A DNA stretch of 64,000 nt from Thermoplasmata archaeon UBA61 (GCA_002503985.1 DASW01000009.1:68995-132994), one strand, 5' to 3'. Positions 10,860 to 20,254 are shown, counted from the stretch's first letter. A program made the numbers and translations. Notes: generated by a model from the sequence alone, not told the origin.

Positions 10860-11411
10860 CTAGGCAAGAAGCCCGCGGACCCGGTCCTCGCGCAACCGGA
10901 GGAGCTCGTCGAACGAGAGGTTCAGTCGGCGGCTCCCGTCCGGGGTCTCCGCGACGAGGCCCCCGAGGATCGGCTGGGGCGTCGGGTCGAAGCTCTTTCC
11001 CGCCACCTTCGCGAGGAGGGGGGCGTCCTCGCCCCGGCCCGATATCCGTACGGGTTTTCCGAGCGATTCGTTGGCGGCGACGACCATCCGCTTCAGCACG
11101 GCCGGGTACTGCGCCGACCGAGTGTACTCCTGGAGGAGGGTCCGAGTTTCCTCGATCGCGCTCACGAGCCTTCGTTCTCGGGCTTCGTGGAGGAGCTTGC
11201 GGGACTGCAGCTTCGCGGCGGCGAGGCGCTGAGCGTGCTCGTGGGCAACCTCGGTGTCGGTCGCGCGGGCGCTCTCCGAATGGACCTCCTCGAGCCGTCG
11301 GTCGGTTTCCGCGAGGATCTTCGCGCTCTCGGCCTCGCGGGTCGCGGTGATGGCGGCGAGGTCGGCCTCGCCGCGACGGCGGATCTCGTCGACGAGGCTT
11401 TCGAGGCTCAT
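10860..11411 (-). CDS. atpE: A-type ATP synthase subunit E
   Basis: Frame of ORF 10860..11696, internal ATG at 11411 (MSLESLVDEIRRRGEADLAAITATREAESAKILAE...). The upstream part of the ORF overlaps atpK and is Arg/Gly/His junk. Confidence 0.85.
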   Translation of the reverse strand: MSLESLVDEIRRRGEADLAAITATREAESAKILAETDRRLEEVHSESARATDTEVAHEHAQRLAAAKLQSRKLLHEARERRLVSAIEETRTLLQEYTRSAQYPAVLKRMVVAANESLGKPVRISGRGEDAPLLAKVAGKSFDPTPQPILGGLVAETPDGSRRLNLSFDELLRLREDRVRGLLA

Positions 11412-11428
11412 AGGTGCGAGCGAGGGGC

Positions 11429-11647
11429 CTACGAGATGACCCCGAGCAGGAGGATGATCCCCAGCACGAATCCGATGATCCAGAGCGTCTCGGGGATGAC
11501 GAAGAAGAACAGCACTTGGCCGAACTTCTCCGGCTTCTCGGCGATGATCCCCATGCCGGCCGCCCCAATTCCCGATTGGGCCATACCGGTTCCAATCAGT
11601 CCTCCGGCGATGGCGATCCCGGCCGCGAGCGTCGCGTACTGATCCAT
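11429..11647 (-). CDS. atpK: A-type ATP synthase proteolipid subunit K (c)
   Basis: 72-aa two-helix hairpin with a Gly-rich helix 1 (GGLIGTGMAQSGIGAAGMG) and an ion-binding Glu in helix 2 (VIPETLWI). Confidence 0.9.
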   Translation of the reverse strand: MDQYATLAAGIAIAGGLIGTGMAQSGIGAAGMGIIAEKPEKFGQVLFFFVIPETLWIIGFVLGIILLLGVIS

Positions 11648-11726
11648 GGCTGACCCGGGCGGGCGAACAAGGTTGGGTATATAACCCGGGACCCACGGGA
11701 AGGGGCCCAGTCTACCGCCGAGAAAC

Positions 11727-12215
11727 CTAGTCCGGCGGGGAGGGGGTCGCGGTCGGGTTTTCTAGCGCTCGGGACCGGGCCCTGGCACGCGCCTTGCGAA
11801 CGAGTGCGATCGTTGCCCCCCACGCGACCCATCCGAGAACCCAGGCGGCGAGGCAGACCGGGCAGAGGGCGTGGATCTCGAACAGCTCCTCGTAGAGGAA
11901 GTAGAGGGAGACGGCCACTCCACCCGTCGTGAGGAGGAGCAGAAGGTAGGGCCAGAGGAGCTCCTTGCGTCGGGACTCCGCGATTCCGGCCACGAGCAGA
12001 ATGAGGACGAAACCCCCGATGCCGATGAACGAATCCGGGATCCCGAAGAGGGTCGTCCTCCCACTGTTCGCGACGGCGCCGCACGAGACGTACGCGTTGA
12101 GGGTACAGTACTTCTGCAGCGACGCCTCGACCGTCTCGAAGTACGTGTAGATCGCGACGATGAGGCCGAACCCTCCGGCGAGGTAGATGACCGACCGGAT
12201 GTCCCGCGTGCGCAT
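11727..12215 (-). CDS. vitamin K epoxide reductase (VKOR) family membrane protein
   Basis: 162 aa, about 4 TM. It has a loop Cys pair (KYCTLNAYVSCGAV) and a CxxC in a TM helix (ALCPVCLAAW), the VKOR arrangement. Confidence 0.75.
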   Translation of the reverse strand: MRTRDIRSVIYLAGGFGLIVAIYTYFETVEASLQKYCTLNAYVSCGAVANSGRTTLFGIPDSFIGIGGFVLILLVAGIAESRRKELLWPYLLLLLTTGGVAVSLYFLYEELFEIHALCPVCLAAWVLGWVAWGATIALVRKARARARSRALENPTATPSPPD

Positions 12216-12224
12216 CTCGAAGCT

Positions 12225-13397
12225 CTACGTGACCTGGGTAAGGTCCGCCGCCACGGAACTCTGCGTGTTGCTGCCCCAGATGGCGGCGTTGCCCCATCCC
12301 GCGTAGTACGGTTGCGTGGCCAGGTTGGCAGGAGTGGCGCCGTTCGATTTGGCAATGTAGGCCATCATCCACCAGGTCTGTCCCTGGACGACCGACCATG
12401 GCGTCCCGGTCGCCGTACTGACGTCCGTTTGCATGGTTCCGGTGGTGTACGAGGAAACGTCGTTCGGCTGGATCAGCGTCGCGCCCCCATGGACGTACTG
12501 ACCGTTGATGACCACGAACGGGATCGAGCTGCCGGAGTAGGCGCTGACGTACGCCTGCTCGATGCAGTTGGAGGTGCTCGGGAAGGTCCCCGTGACCTGC
12601 GAGGTGTCCTCGCTCACGACGAACGAAACGTAGGAGGAGGAGACCTGCGCGTTGGCGAGGACGACCTCGGGAATGCCATCCTCGGCGGAATTCGTGAACG
12701 TGACGCTGCTTAACGGCACGCTCCCGAACCCGGTGAGCGCTTTCCAGATTGCCCAGCTGCTCGCGGAGCAGTACGGGCACCACGTCGCGCCGTAGTAGTA
12801 GACGGTCGGGAGGCCGTTCTCATGCCACGGCGAGACGCTGACCGACATCCAGCCGGCGGGTTCCGATGCTCCCGAGGACGGGAGGACCGGGCAGCCGAAG
12901 AAGAGGACGCCCGTGAGCGCGATCAATCCCGAGACCACGAGGCCGACCACGATGCCGGTCACCAGCGTCAATCGGTAGACCTTCGACCAGCGCGCCTTGG
13001 TCGATCGGAGTAGCCCGAAGAGCAGGAGGAATGCCACGATGACGAGCACGAGCGCCAGGTACGGGATCGCCGGTAGCACCAAGCCGACCGGCGAGGGAAC
13101 GATGTAGGCGAGGACGAACCAGATACCGAAGATCGGTACCAAGAGGTAGCCGATGCGGGGGAGCGTCCACTTCCGCTCGGCCTTCTCCCGGTCCTCCTTC
13201 GAGGGGGCCGCCGGGGTCGAGGGGGCCTCGCCCTGCCGCCGCTGACGCGAGCGCTGGCGATGGTACAGTCCCCGGAGGGCGCGACCGGATTCCTGAACGG
13301 ACGTGTCGGGGTGAAAACCAACCTTCGGGTCCTCCGCGATCTTGTCCCAGTCCCAGCCTTTCGACCGGAGCTCTTCTACCCGGTCCCAGTCGACCAT
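12225..13397 (-). CDS. membrane-anchored DUF929 thioredoxin-like protein (CPYC motif)
   Basis: 390 aa: a basic cytoplasmic N-terminus, several TM helices, then an extracytoplasmic domain with YYYGATWCPYCSASSWAIWKALTGFG. This matches the DUF929 G-A-.-.-C-P-Y-C signature. Confidence 0.7.
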   Translation of the reverse strand: MVDWDRVEELRSKGWDWDKIAEDPKVGFHPDTSVQESGRALRGLYHRQRSRQRRQGEAPSTPAAPSKEDREKAERKWTLPRIGYLLVPIFGIWFVLAYIVPSPVGLVLPAIPYLALVLVIVAFLLLFGLLRSTKARWSKVYRLTLVTGIVVGLVVSGLIALTGVLFFGCPVLPSSGASEPAGWMSVSVSPWHENGLPTVYYYGATWCPYCSASSWAIWKALTGFGSVPLSSVTFTNSAEDGIPEVVLANAQVSSSYVSFVVSEDTSQVTGTFPSTSNCIEQAYVSAYSGSSIPFVVINGQYVHGGATLIQPNDVSSYTTGTMQTDVSTATGTPWSVVQGQTWWMMAYIAKSNGATPANLATQPYYAGWGNAAIWGSNTQSSVAADLTQVT

Positions 13398-13508
13398 CCA
13401 CCGACCCAGTTGTACGCTCCTTTTCCTCTTTTGCCCCGAAAGGGAACCGAACCCCCGAGAGGGTCGTCCCCCAACGGCCTTTTACCCGAAACAAGGTGCG
13501 GCTGTCCG

Positions 13509-14411
13509 ATGCGCCTCACCTTCCTCGGCACCGCCGGCTCGTGGCCGACCAAGGAACGGTCGGCGAGCGCGATCGCGTTGGACGCGGAGAAGGAGCTCAT
13601 CCTCCTCGATTGCGGAGAGGGCACGCAGCGCCAATTCTTCCAGTCGTCCGCATCGTTCATGCGGGTCCGGCGGGTCTTCCTGACCCACTTCCACGGGGAC
13701 CACTTCCTCGGCCTCCCCGGTCTCATCCAGAGCATGTGCCTCAACAACCGGACCGAGCCGCTCGACATCTACGGACCCCCCGATGCCGAGGAGATGGTCG
13801 GGAGGGCGCTTCGGATGGGATACTTCACCCTCCGATTCCCGGTCACGGTCCACGCGCTCTCGCCCGGTGCCACGGTAGAGCTCGACGGCTACTCGGTGCG
13901 GACCGCGGCCGCCATCCACCCCGTTCCCTCCCTGGCCTACCGTGTCGAGGAGGGCCCCAAGCGCGGCCGGTTCGACGGCGAAAAGGCCCGCTCCCTGGGG
14001 ATCCACGGGCGGGACTTTGCGAAGCTCGAGGCGGGTGAAGCAGTTCGGGTCGGCTCGACCGTCGTGAACCCCTCGGACGTTATGGGACCGCCGCGCTCCG
14101 GCCGGTCGGTGGTCTATTCGGGGGACACGGCGCCGTCGGAGGAGGTACGACGCCTCTCGCACCGCGCGACCGTCCTCATCCACGAGGCGACGGTCTCCCA
14201 GGAGCTCGAGGCCCAGGCGAACGAATGGGGCCACTCCTCGGCCCGCCAGGCGGCCGAGATCGCGAACGCCGCCGAGGTCGCCACGCTCTTCCTCACGCAC
14301 TTCTCGGCCCGCTACAAGGAGCTCGAAGGGCTCGAGTCCGAGGCGCGGATCCTCTTTCCGGGTTCCCAGGTCGCGCGGGACCTCCTCGACCATCCCATCC
14401 TCCAACCATGA
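13509..14411 (+). CDS. rnz: ribonuclease Z (tRNA 3' endonuclease)
   Basis: Frame of ORF 13260..14411, ATG at 13509. MRLTFLGTAGSWPTKERSASAI..LLDCGEGTQRQ...FLTHFHGDHFLGLPGL is the metallo-beta-lactamase HxHxDH motif of short RNase Z. Confidence 0.9.
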   Translation: MRLTFLGTAGSWPTKERSASAIALDAEKELILLDCGEGTQRQFFQSSASFMRVRRVFLTHFHGDHFLGLPGLIQSMCLNNRTEPLDIYGPPDAEEMVGRALRMGYFTLRFPVTVHALSPGATVELDGYSVRTAAAIHPVPSLAYRVEEGPKRGRFDGEKARSLGIHGRDFAKLEAGEAVRVGSTVVNPSDVMGPPRSGRSVVYSGDTAPSEEVRRLSHRATVLIHEATVSQELEAQANEWGHSSARQAAEIANAAEVATLFLTHFSARYKELEGLESEARILFPGSQVARDLLDHPILQP

Positions 14412-15679
14412 TTCGAGCGGACACCATCGTCACGGACATCGGCGAGCTCGCGACCCTGGCCCGGGGGCCCGTGCCGCGCATCGGGAAGGCGGCCGACGAC
14501 CTCGGGGTCCTCACCGACGCGGCGCTCGCGGTCGCCGAGGGCCGTTTCGCCTGGGTAGGACGCGAACGCACCCTCTCCACGGCCGTCCGTCTACGCCCGG
14601 GCGGCCGGCGCCTCTCGGCCGGGGGCGGGGTCGTGGTCCCCGGGTTCGTGGACGCTCATACCCACGTCCTCTTCGCGGGGGACCGAGCGTTCGAGCTCCC
14701 GCTCAAGGTGCGAGGGATGGGGTATGCCGAGATCGCCCGGGCCGGCGGAGGCCTCTTCGCGACCGTTCGGGCGACCCGAAAGGCCACCGACGAGGCGCTG
14801 CTCGCGGCGACCGCCGCCCGACTCCTCCGCATGGGGAGTTGGGGGACCGCCTCGGTCGAGGTGAAGTCGGGCTACGCCCTCACGGTCGAGGGAGAGCTGC
14901 GGCTCCTCCGCCTCATCCCCCGGCTCGCCCGGCGCACCGGGCTACGGCTCGTCCCGACCTTCCTCGGCGCGCACGCGGTCGCGCCCGAGTACCGCACCCG
15001 GCCGGACGCGTACGTCGATCTCCTCGTCAAGGACGCGCTCCCGAGGGTCGCGAAGCAGGGGCTCGCCCGCTTCTGTGACGTCTTCTGCGAACCGGGGTTC
15101 TTCTCCGTCCGTCAGTCCGAGCGGCTCCTCCGAGCCGCCCTCGCGCTCGGGCTCGGCGTCAAGATCCACGCCGAGGAGTTCATCCTCTCGGGCGGAGCCC
15201 GCCTGGCCTCGCGCCTCCATGCGGTGTCGGCCGACCACTTACTAGCGGCACGGGCCGAGGACCGAGAGCTCCTCGCGAAGAGCGGCGTCACGGCCGTGCT
15301 CCTCCCCATCACCGCGCTCACCGCCTCCCCCGGCGTTCGGAGCCCGGGTCGGGAGATGGTGGACGCCGGGGTCCCGGTCGCCCTCGGCACGGACTGCTCA
15401 CCGAACTCCTGGGTCGAGGCGATGCCCCTCGTCCTCGCGCACGCCGTCCACGCCGCGCGGCTCACGCCCGCCGAGGCGCTGACGGCGGCTACCGTGAACG
15501 CGGCGCATGCGGTCGGCCTCGAGGACGCGGGCATGGTCGCTGCGGGCCGGCCCGCCGATTTCACGGTCTTCCCGGTCCGCTCCGTCGACCAGCTCGGATA
15601 CCGTTTCGACGTGATTCCGGCTCTGGTTTTCCGTCAGGGAAACCCGATTTCTCCGCCGACACTCCGTCAGTACTTCTAA
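14408..15679 (+). CDS. hutI: imidazolonepropionase-family amidohydrolase
   Basis: Frame of ORF 14225..15679, with an ATGA overlap onto the rnz stop. PGFVDAHTHVLFAGDRAFE...YAEIARAGGGLFATVRATR...VEVKSGYAL...TFLGAHAVAPE...KIHAEEF...SADHL follows the HutI motifs. No hutH or hutU is in the window. Confidence 0.8.
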   Translation: MIRADTIVTDIGELATLARGPVPRIGKAADDLGVLTDAALAVAEGRFAWVGRERTLSTAVRLRPGGRRLSAGGGVVVPGFVDAHTHVLFAGDRAFELPLKVRGMGYAEIARAGGGLFATVRATRKATDEALLAATAARLLRMGSWGTASVEVKSGYALTVEGELRLLRLIPRLARRTGLRLVPTFLGAHAVAPEYRTRPDAYVDLLVKDALPRVAKQGLARFCDVFCEPGFFSVRQSERLLRAALALGLGVKIHAEEFILSGGARLASRLHAVSADHLLAARAEDRELLAKSGVTAVLLPITALTASPGVRSPGREMVDAGVPVALGTDCSPNSWVEAMPLVLAHAVHAARLTPAEALTAATVNAAHAVGLEDAGMVAAGRPADFTVFPVRSVDQLGYRFDVIPALVFRQGNPISPPTLRQYF

Positions 15680-15717
15680 ATAGGGGGGCTCCACTCCTCG
15701 CCCTCGAGGTCGCCAAA

Positions 15718-15933
15718 ATGGCGGAGCGTGTAGGCAAAGAGCAGATCAAGCGAGAGAAGGGTTACCTGTACTATCTCGGCAAGGACGGGTATCTCTGGAA
15801 AACCCCAACGAAGCTGAACAAGTCCGGCAAGAAGGGACGCGTCGGCACGGAGAAGATCACCCGTCAAGACGGCTACATGTACTTCCTTGACAAGAAGGGG
15901 TTCATCTCTCGCGCCAAGATGAAGAACGCCTGA
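15718..15933 (+). CDS. small lysine-rich protein with two GY.Y.L.K.G repeats, function unknown
   Basis: 71 aa: ...KGYLYYLGKDGYLWKTP...DGYMYFLDKKGFISRAK... It is a clean ORF in a 250-nt gap and is followed by a strong hairpin plus T-run. Confidence 0.6.
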   Translation: MAERVGKEQIKREKGYLYYLGKDGYLWKTPTKLNKSGKKGRVGTEKITRQDGYMYFLDKKGFISRAKMKNA

Positions 15934-15949
15934 ACGGCGTCACCCTTTC

Positions 15950-15991
15950 TTGGGGACCTTCCTTCGGGAAGGTTCCCAACCCTCTTTTTTT
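15950..15991 (+). terminator. hairpin plus T7 tract downstream of the small basic protein gene
   Basis: TTGGGGACCTTCC-TTCG-GGAAGGTTCCCAA forms a 13-bp stem with one G-U and a TTCG loop. It is followed by CCCTC and TTTTTTT (15985-15991). It lies between two convergent genes. Confidence 0.5.
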
Positions 15992-16069
15992 CGTTCGTAC
16001 GGTGCGGCCTGCTCCTACCGTGACCGAGGCACCTTCGCTCGGGCGCGGGCGCTCTTCGCCCACCGCGTC

Positions 16070-17092
16070 CTAGGTCGAACGGACCGTGGGAACGGTCGGC
16101 CCGGGTCGATAGCGCTTCCAGAGCGCGTAGAAGAACAGCCCGAAGAGAACGTCGGGCACGAGCACCACCGGCAGGAAGAGCTGGGAGACCAATCCGATGG
16201 CGACGATCGGAAGCAGGGCGCCGAGGGCCAGCATCGTGAGCGCCGCCTCGTTCCCGCTACGGCCGACCTCCCGACGCACGAACAGGAAGAGGGCGCCGCT
16301 GAAGAGAAGGTCGACCGCGATCGTGAGCGGCGGCCAGAGGGAGACCGCGCCCCCGAGACCGGGCACGAGGAGCAGAATCGGGTAGAACGCGAGACCGAGC
16401 CCGAAGAACCAACCCGGAGCGATCCGGGGACCGGGGTACGGGGGGTCGAGCGTGCCGTGCGGGAGCCGGCAGGTGACCGCATAGAGGAGCCCGGCGAGGA
16501 GCGCGGCGGACACGAGCAGCCACGGCGCGGTCCGCCAGTAGCCGGTGGCCAGGACCAACACCCCGATGTCGAGGGCGTAGACAGCGAGGGCGATAGGGAT
16601 CTCGCGGCTCGAGAGGAGCGAGCGGCCGCGCGTCTCGGGAAGGGCGAGGCCGAGGAGGAGGATCGGAAGACCGACGCTGAGGACGATATGCACACCGAGC
16701 ACACCGACCGTCCAGACCCAGTTCACCCCGGCGAACCGGCCGTAGGAGCCGAGGGCGCCCACGACGGACGCGTGGGGGTTGAACAGCGTACTGAGGGCAG
16801 TTCCCTCCTCGAGAAGCCCGTAGGCCGCGCCGAGGAGAACCACGCCCGCCCACCCCGGCCGCCACCGGACGAACGCCTCTCGGGCGAGAAGGACCCCGGG
16901 CCCGTAGAGACCCAGGTTCAGGGCGAGGAATAGCAGGAAGCCCCCGGGCGCGTAGACGAGCGCCGCGACCGGTGTTGACCCCGAGAGATACTCGGGGATC
17001 CCCGGCGTGAAGCAGAGCAAGAGAAGTACCGGATGTCGCCGGAAGAACGCGACCGCTCGAGGGAAGAGACGAGGCCGAGCTTCCTCGGTCAT
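16070..17092 (-). CDS. polytopic membrane protein, function unknown
   Basis: ORF 16070..17149 has about 9-10 hydrophobic helices throughout. Start taken at ATG 17092 (MTEEARPRLF...). Confidence 0.6.
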   Translation of the reverse strand: MTEEARPRLFPRAVAFFRRHPVLLLLCFTPGIPEYLSGSTPVAALVYAPGGFLLFLALNLGLYGPGVLLAREAFVRWRPGWAGVVLLGAAYGLLEEGTALSTLFNPHASVVGALGSYGRFAGVNWVWTVGVLGVHIVLSVGLPILLLGLALPETRGRSLLSSREIPIALAVYALDIGVLVLATGYWRTAPWLLVSAALLAGLLYAVTCRLPHGTLDPPYPGPRIAPGWFFGLGLAFYPILLLVPGLGGAVSLWPPLTIAVDLLFSGALFLFVRREVGRSGNEAALTMLALGALLPIVAIGLVSQLFLPVVLVPDVLFGLFFYALWKRYRPGPTVPTVRST

Positions 17093-17434
17093 CGGAGGAG
17101 ACGGGTCGTTCCCCGTACTTAGAACCGGGGAGCGTTCGGAAATTCGCAACCCCTCTTACCAAGGAACGGCGTGTGCGCTTCGGGCGACGCGATTTTCGAC
17201 GCTGTCGTCGTCGCGACGACCAAGTAGACTTATACCGGATGACACTTGGCTCGCACCCGGAGGGTTTTCACGGTGTCCCGAGCGACACCATCCGCGTACC
17301 CGACCGTCGGCGACCGGTGCGAAACAGCCCCTCGACAGGGCCGTTTCAGCGACCGGCCGATGGGTTAGGTCCTCGCGTGGTGTTATTACTCATCGGTCGG
17401 GACGTCCCATCGATCCTTCAGGAGTAAAGCCGTC

Positions 17435-20230
17435 ATGGCAGTGGCCAAGAAGCGCACCGCGCCCGCATCGGACGAGTCGGTCGGACGACCCGCTCCTCGC
17501 ATCGGGCGTGAACCGATTCCCGTCCCTCGCCTCGTTCCTCGCGGAAAGACCGCATTCGACACGGTCCAGTGGAGAACGCACGACGCGATGATCAAGAACG
17601 CCGAAGGGAAGGCCATCTTCGAGCAGAAGGGAATTCGCGCCCCGACGTCCTGGTCCGAGACGAGCGTCAACATCGCCGCGTCGAAGTACTTCCGCGTCCT
17701 GCAGGGCCGTCGGGAGAACTCGATCGACGGGATGATCCGCCGCGTCTGCCATTTCATGGCGGAGCGGGGCCTCGACCTGGGCTACCTCGACACTCCGGAC
17801 GAGGCGACGACGTTCGAGGAGAGCCTTTCGTACCTCATGGTCCAGCAGATGGCGGCGTTCAACAGCCCCGTCTGGTTCAACGTCGGCGTACGCGAGCCTC
17901 CGCAGTGCTCGGCGTGCTTCATCCAGTCGATCAGCGACGACATGGACTCGATCCTGGCGCTCGCGACGAGCGAGGGACGCCTGTTCAAGGGCGGCAGCGG
18001 GACCGGCACCAACCTCTCACCGCTCCGCGGCAGTCATGAGCGGCTCGCGGGGGGCGGGATCGCGTCGGGCCCCGTTTCGTTCATGCGCGCGTTCGACGCC
18101 CTCGCGGGCGTCATCAAGTCCGGCGGGACGACCCGCCGTGCGGCGAAGATGGTCATCCTCAACATGGACCACCCGGACATCGTCGACTTCATCGACTGCA
18201 AGGTCCGCGAGGAGGACAAGGCGGCGGCCCTCATCCGAGAGGGCTATTCGGTCAACTTCGACGGCACCGACCCCGATTCCGCGTACGCGTCCATCGCCTA
18301 CCAGAACGCGAACCACTCCGTCCGCGTCCCGGACGCGTTCATGGAAGCGGTCGTCCGCGACAAGGACTGGAAGACGATCCACCGGACCGACCATTCGGTC
18401 GCCGAGACGTATCCGGCGCGCGAACTGTGGCGGAAGCTCGCGTACGCGGCCTGGCGCTGCGGGGACCCGGGGGTCCAGTTCGATGACGTGACGAACGACT
18501 GGCATACGTGCCCTAACTCCGGCCGGATCAACGCCTCTAACCCGTGCAGTGAGTACCTGTTCCTGGACGACTCGGCGTGCAACCTCGCGTCGATCAACCT
18601 GATGCGCTTCCTGGACGCGAAGGGGCAGTTCGACATCGAGCTGTTCCGCCAGACCGTCCGGACGATGGTCCTCGCGATGGAGATCATCGTCGACGCTTCG
18701 AGCTACCCGACCGCGCCGATCGCCCAGAATTCGCACGACTACCGGCCGCTGGGCCTCGGGTACGCGAACCTCGGCGCCCTGCTCATGCACTACGGCCTCG
18801 CCTACGACTCGGACGCGGGACGCACGCTCGCGGCCTCCGTCTCGGCGTTCCTATCGGCCGAGGGCTACCACATGTCGAGCGAGATCGCGAAGCGGGTCGG
18901 CCCGTTCCCCGGCTTCGAGCGGAACCGGGCCCCGATGCTGCGGGTCATGGGGAAGCACGCGAAGGCCGCCGAGGAGATCCCCTACAACGACCCCCGCCTG
19001 ACGGCGTTCGCCCAGGCCGCGGCCGACCGCTGGCACGACACCGTGAAGGCCGGCGAGCTCTGGGGGTATCGGAACGCCCAGATCTCCGTCATCGCGCCGA
19101 CCGGTACCATCGGGCTCCTCATGGGATGCGACACCCTCGGCCTCGAACCCGAGCTCTCCCTGGTCAAGGTGAAGAACCTCGTGGGCGGCGGGGTCCTGCG
19201 CATGGTCAACCGGACCGTGCCGAACGGCCTCCTTGCCCTCGGCTACTCCCCGGACGAGATCCGGGCCGTCACGGAGTACGTCGAGAAGACCGGGACGATC
19301 GAGGGAGCCCCGGGCCTCGCCCCGGAGGACATCAACGTCTTCGACTGCGCGCTCGCTCCGGCCGGCAGCGTTCGGACGATCCCACCGATGGGGCATCTCA
19401 AGATGCTCGGCGCCGTCCAGCCGTTCCTCTCGGGTGGGGCGTCCAAGACGATCAACCTCCCGAACGAGGCGACTGTCGAGGACATCGAGAAGATCTACCT
19501 CGAGGCGTGGAAGTTCGGCATCAAGTCGGTCGCGCTCTACCGCGACGGCTGCAAGGCGTCCCAACCGTTCGAAACGGGAAAGGGGAGGGCCGGAGCCGCC
19601 GTCGGACCCCGCGGGCCGGCCCGCGAGCGCCTTCCGAACGAGCGCCAGGCGATCACGCACCACTTCGAAGTGGGGGGCCACGACGGCTACGTCACGGTCG
19701 GCCTCTACCCCGACGGCCGCCCCGGTGAGATCTTCTTCCGGGTGACGAAGGAGGGCTCGACGGTGAACGGGCTCATGGACTCGCTCGGGCTCGCAATGTC
19801 GATGGCGCTCCAGCACGGGGTGCCGCTCAAGGACCTCGTCCGCAAGCTCGCCCACCTCCGATTCGAACCCGCCGGAGCGACCAACAACCCGAAGATCCGC
19901 TTCGCGAAGTCGATCCCCGACTACGTCGCTCGGTGGCTCGCTCTGGAGTTCCTCACCGAGGACGAGCGACGCGCGATCGGTCTCGAGGGACCCCCGGAGG
20001 GCAACGGCAACGGCCACGGGGCCGCCGTCCCGACCGGGACGCGACCGTCGGCCTCCCGCCCCTCGACCGTGAAGTTCGAGACCCGCGCCCTCGACGCGTT
20101 CTCCCCCGAGTTCTCGAGCGGAGGCGTCAGCGACGACGCGCCGGCCTGCGCGCTCTGCGGTGGGATCATGGTGCGGTCGGGCACGTGCTACGCGTGCACG
20201 GTCTGCGGCTCCACGAGCGGCTGCTCGTAG
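17435..20230 (+). CDS. nrdJ: adenosylcobalamin-dependent (class II) ribonucleotide reductase
   Basis: 931 aa: SPVWFNVG, SACFIQ, FKGGSGTGTNLSPLR, active-site NPCSEYLFLDDSACNLASINL, and the C-terminal Cys tail CALCGG...CYACTVCGSTSGCS. No intein-sized insertion. Confidence 0.9.
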   Translation: MAVAKKRTAPASDESVGRPAPRIGREPIPVPRLVPRGKTAFDTVQWRTHDAMIKNAEGKAIFEQKGIRAPTSWSETSVNIAASKYFRVLQGRRENSIDGMIRRVCHFMAERGLDLGYLDTPDEATTFEESLSYLMVQQMAAFNSPVWFNVGVREPPQCSACFIQSISDDMDSILALATSEGRLFKGGSGTGTNLSPLRGSHERLAGGGIASGPVSFMRAFDALAGVIKSGGTTRRAAKMVILNMDHPDIVDFIDCKVREEDKAAALIREGYSVNFDGTDPDSAYASIAYQNANHSVRVPDAFMEAVVRDKDWKTIHRTDHSVAETYPARELWRKLAYAAWRCGDPGVQFDDVTNDWHTCPNSGRINASNPCSEYLFLDDSACNLASINLMRFLDAKGQFDIELFRQTVRTMVLAMEIIVDASSYPTAPIAQNSHDYRPLGLGYANLGALLMHYGLAYDSDAGRTLAASVSAFLSAEGYHMSSEIAKRVGPFPGFERNRAPMLRVMGKHAKAAEEIPYNDPRLTAFAQAAADRWHDTVKAGELWGYRNAQISVIAPTGTIGLLMGCDTLGLEPELSLVKVKNLVGGGVLRMVNRTVPNGLLALGYSPDEIRAVTEYVEKTGTIEGAPGLAPEDINVFDCALAPAGSVRTIPPMGHLKMLGAVQPFLSGGASKTINLPNEATVEDIEKIYLEAWKFGIKSVALYRDGCKASQPFETGKGRAGAAVGPRGPARERLPNERQAITHHFEVGGHDGYVTVGLYPDGRPGEIFFRVTKEGSTVNGLMDSLGLAMSMALQHGVPLKDLVRKLAHLRFEPAGATNNPKIRFAKSIPDYVARWLALEFLTEDERRAIGLEGPPEGNGNGHGAAVPTGTRPSASRPSTVKFETRALDAFSPEFSSGGVSDDAPACALCGGIMVRSGTCYACTVCGSTSGCS

Positions 20231-20254
20231 GATCTCGACGCGAAGCGGCCCGAC

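Noticed and set aside
8389-11642. Very long ORFs in the track (613 aa on minus 8389..10230; 1048 aa on plus 8496..11642). There are similar ones elsewhere, e.g. 3900..5405 minus, 23959..25443 minus, 18851..20017 minus.
   Set aside because: Their translations are Arg/Pro/Gly/Asp-rich low-complexity sequences lying opposite or out of frame to genes with unmistakable family signatures (atpI, atpC, atpE, atpA, polX, nrdJ). They are shadow ORFs caused by stop-codon scarcity in high-GC DNA.
17150-17434. Possible cobalamin riboswitch in the 285-nt region upstream of the B12-dependent RNR. CCGGTGCGAAACAGCC resembles the GGUG.GAA..CC core, and CAGCGACCGGCC resembles a B12 box.
   Set aside because: Only two short, imperfect pieces match. 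The GGGAA and CCCGC.ACUG elements are missing. Repressing a B12-dependent enzyme with B12 makes little regulatory sense, and such riboswitches are not established in archaea. A local hairpin (CCGATG...CATCGG) exists, but nothing more can be claimed without a covariance-model scan.
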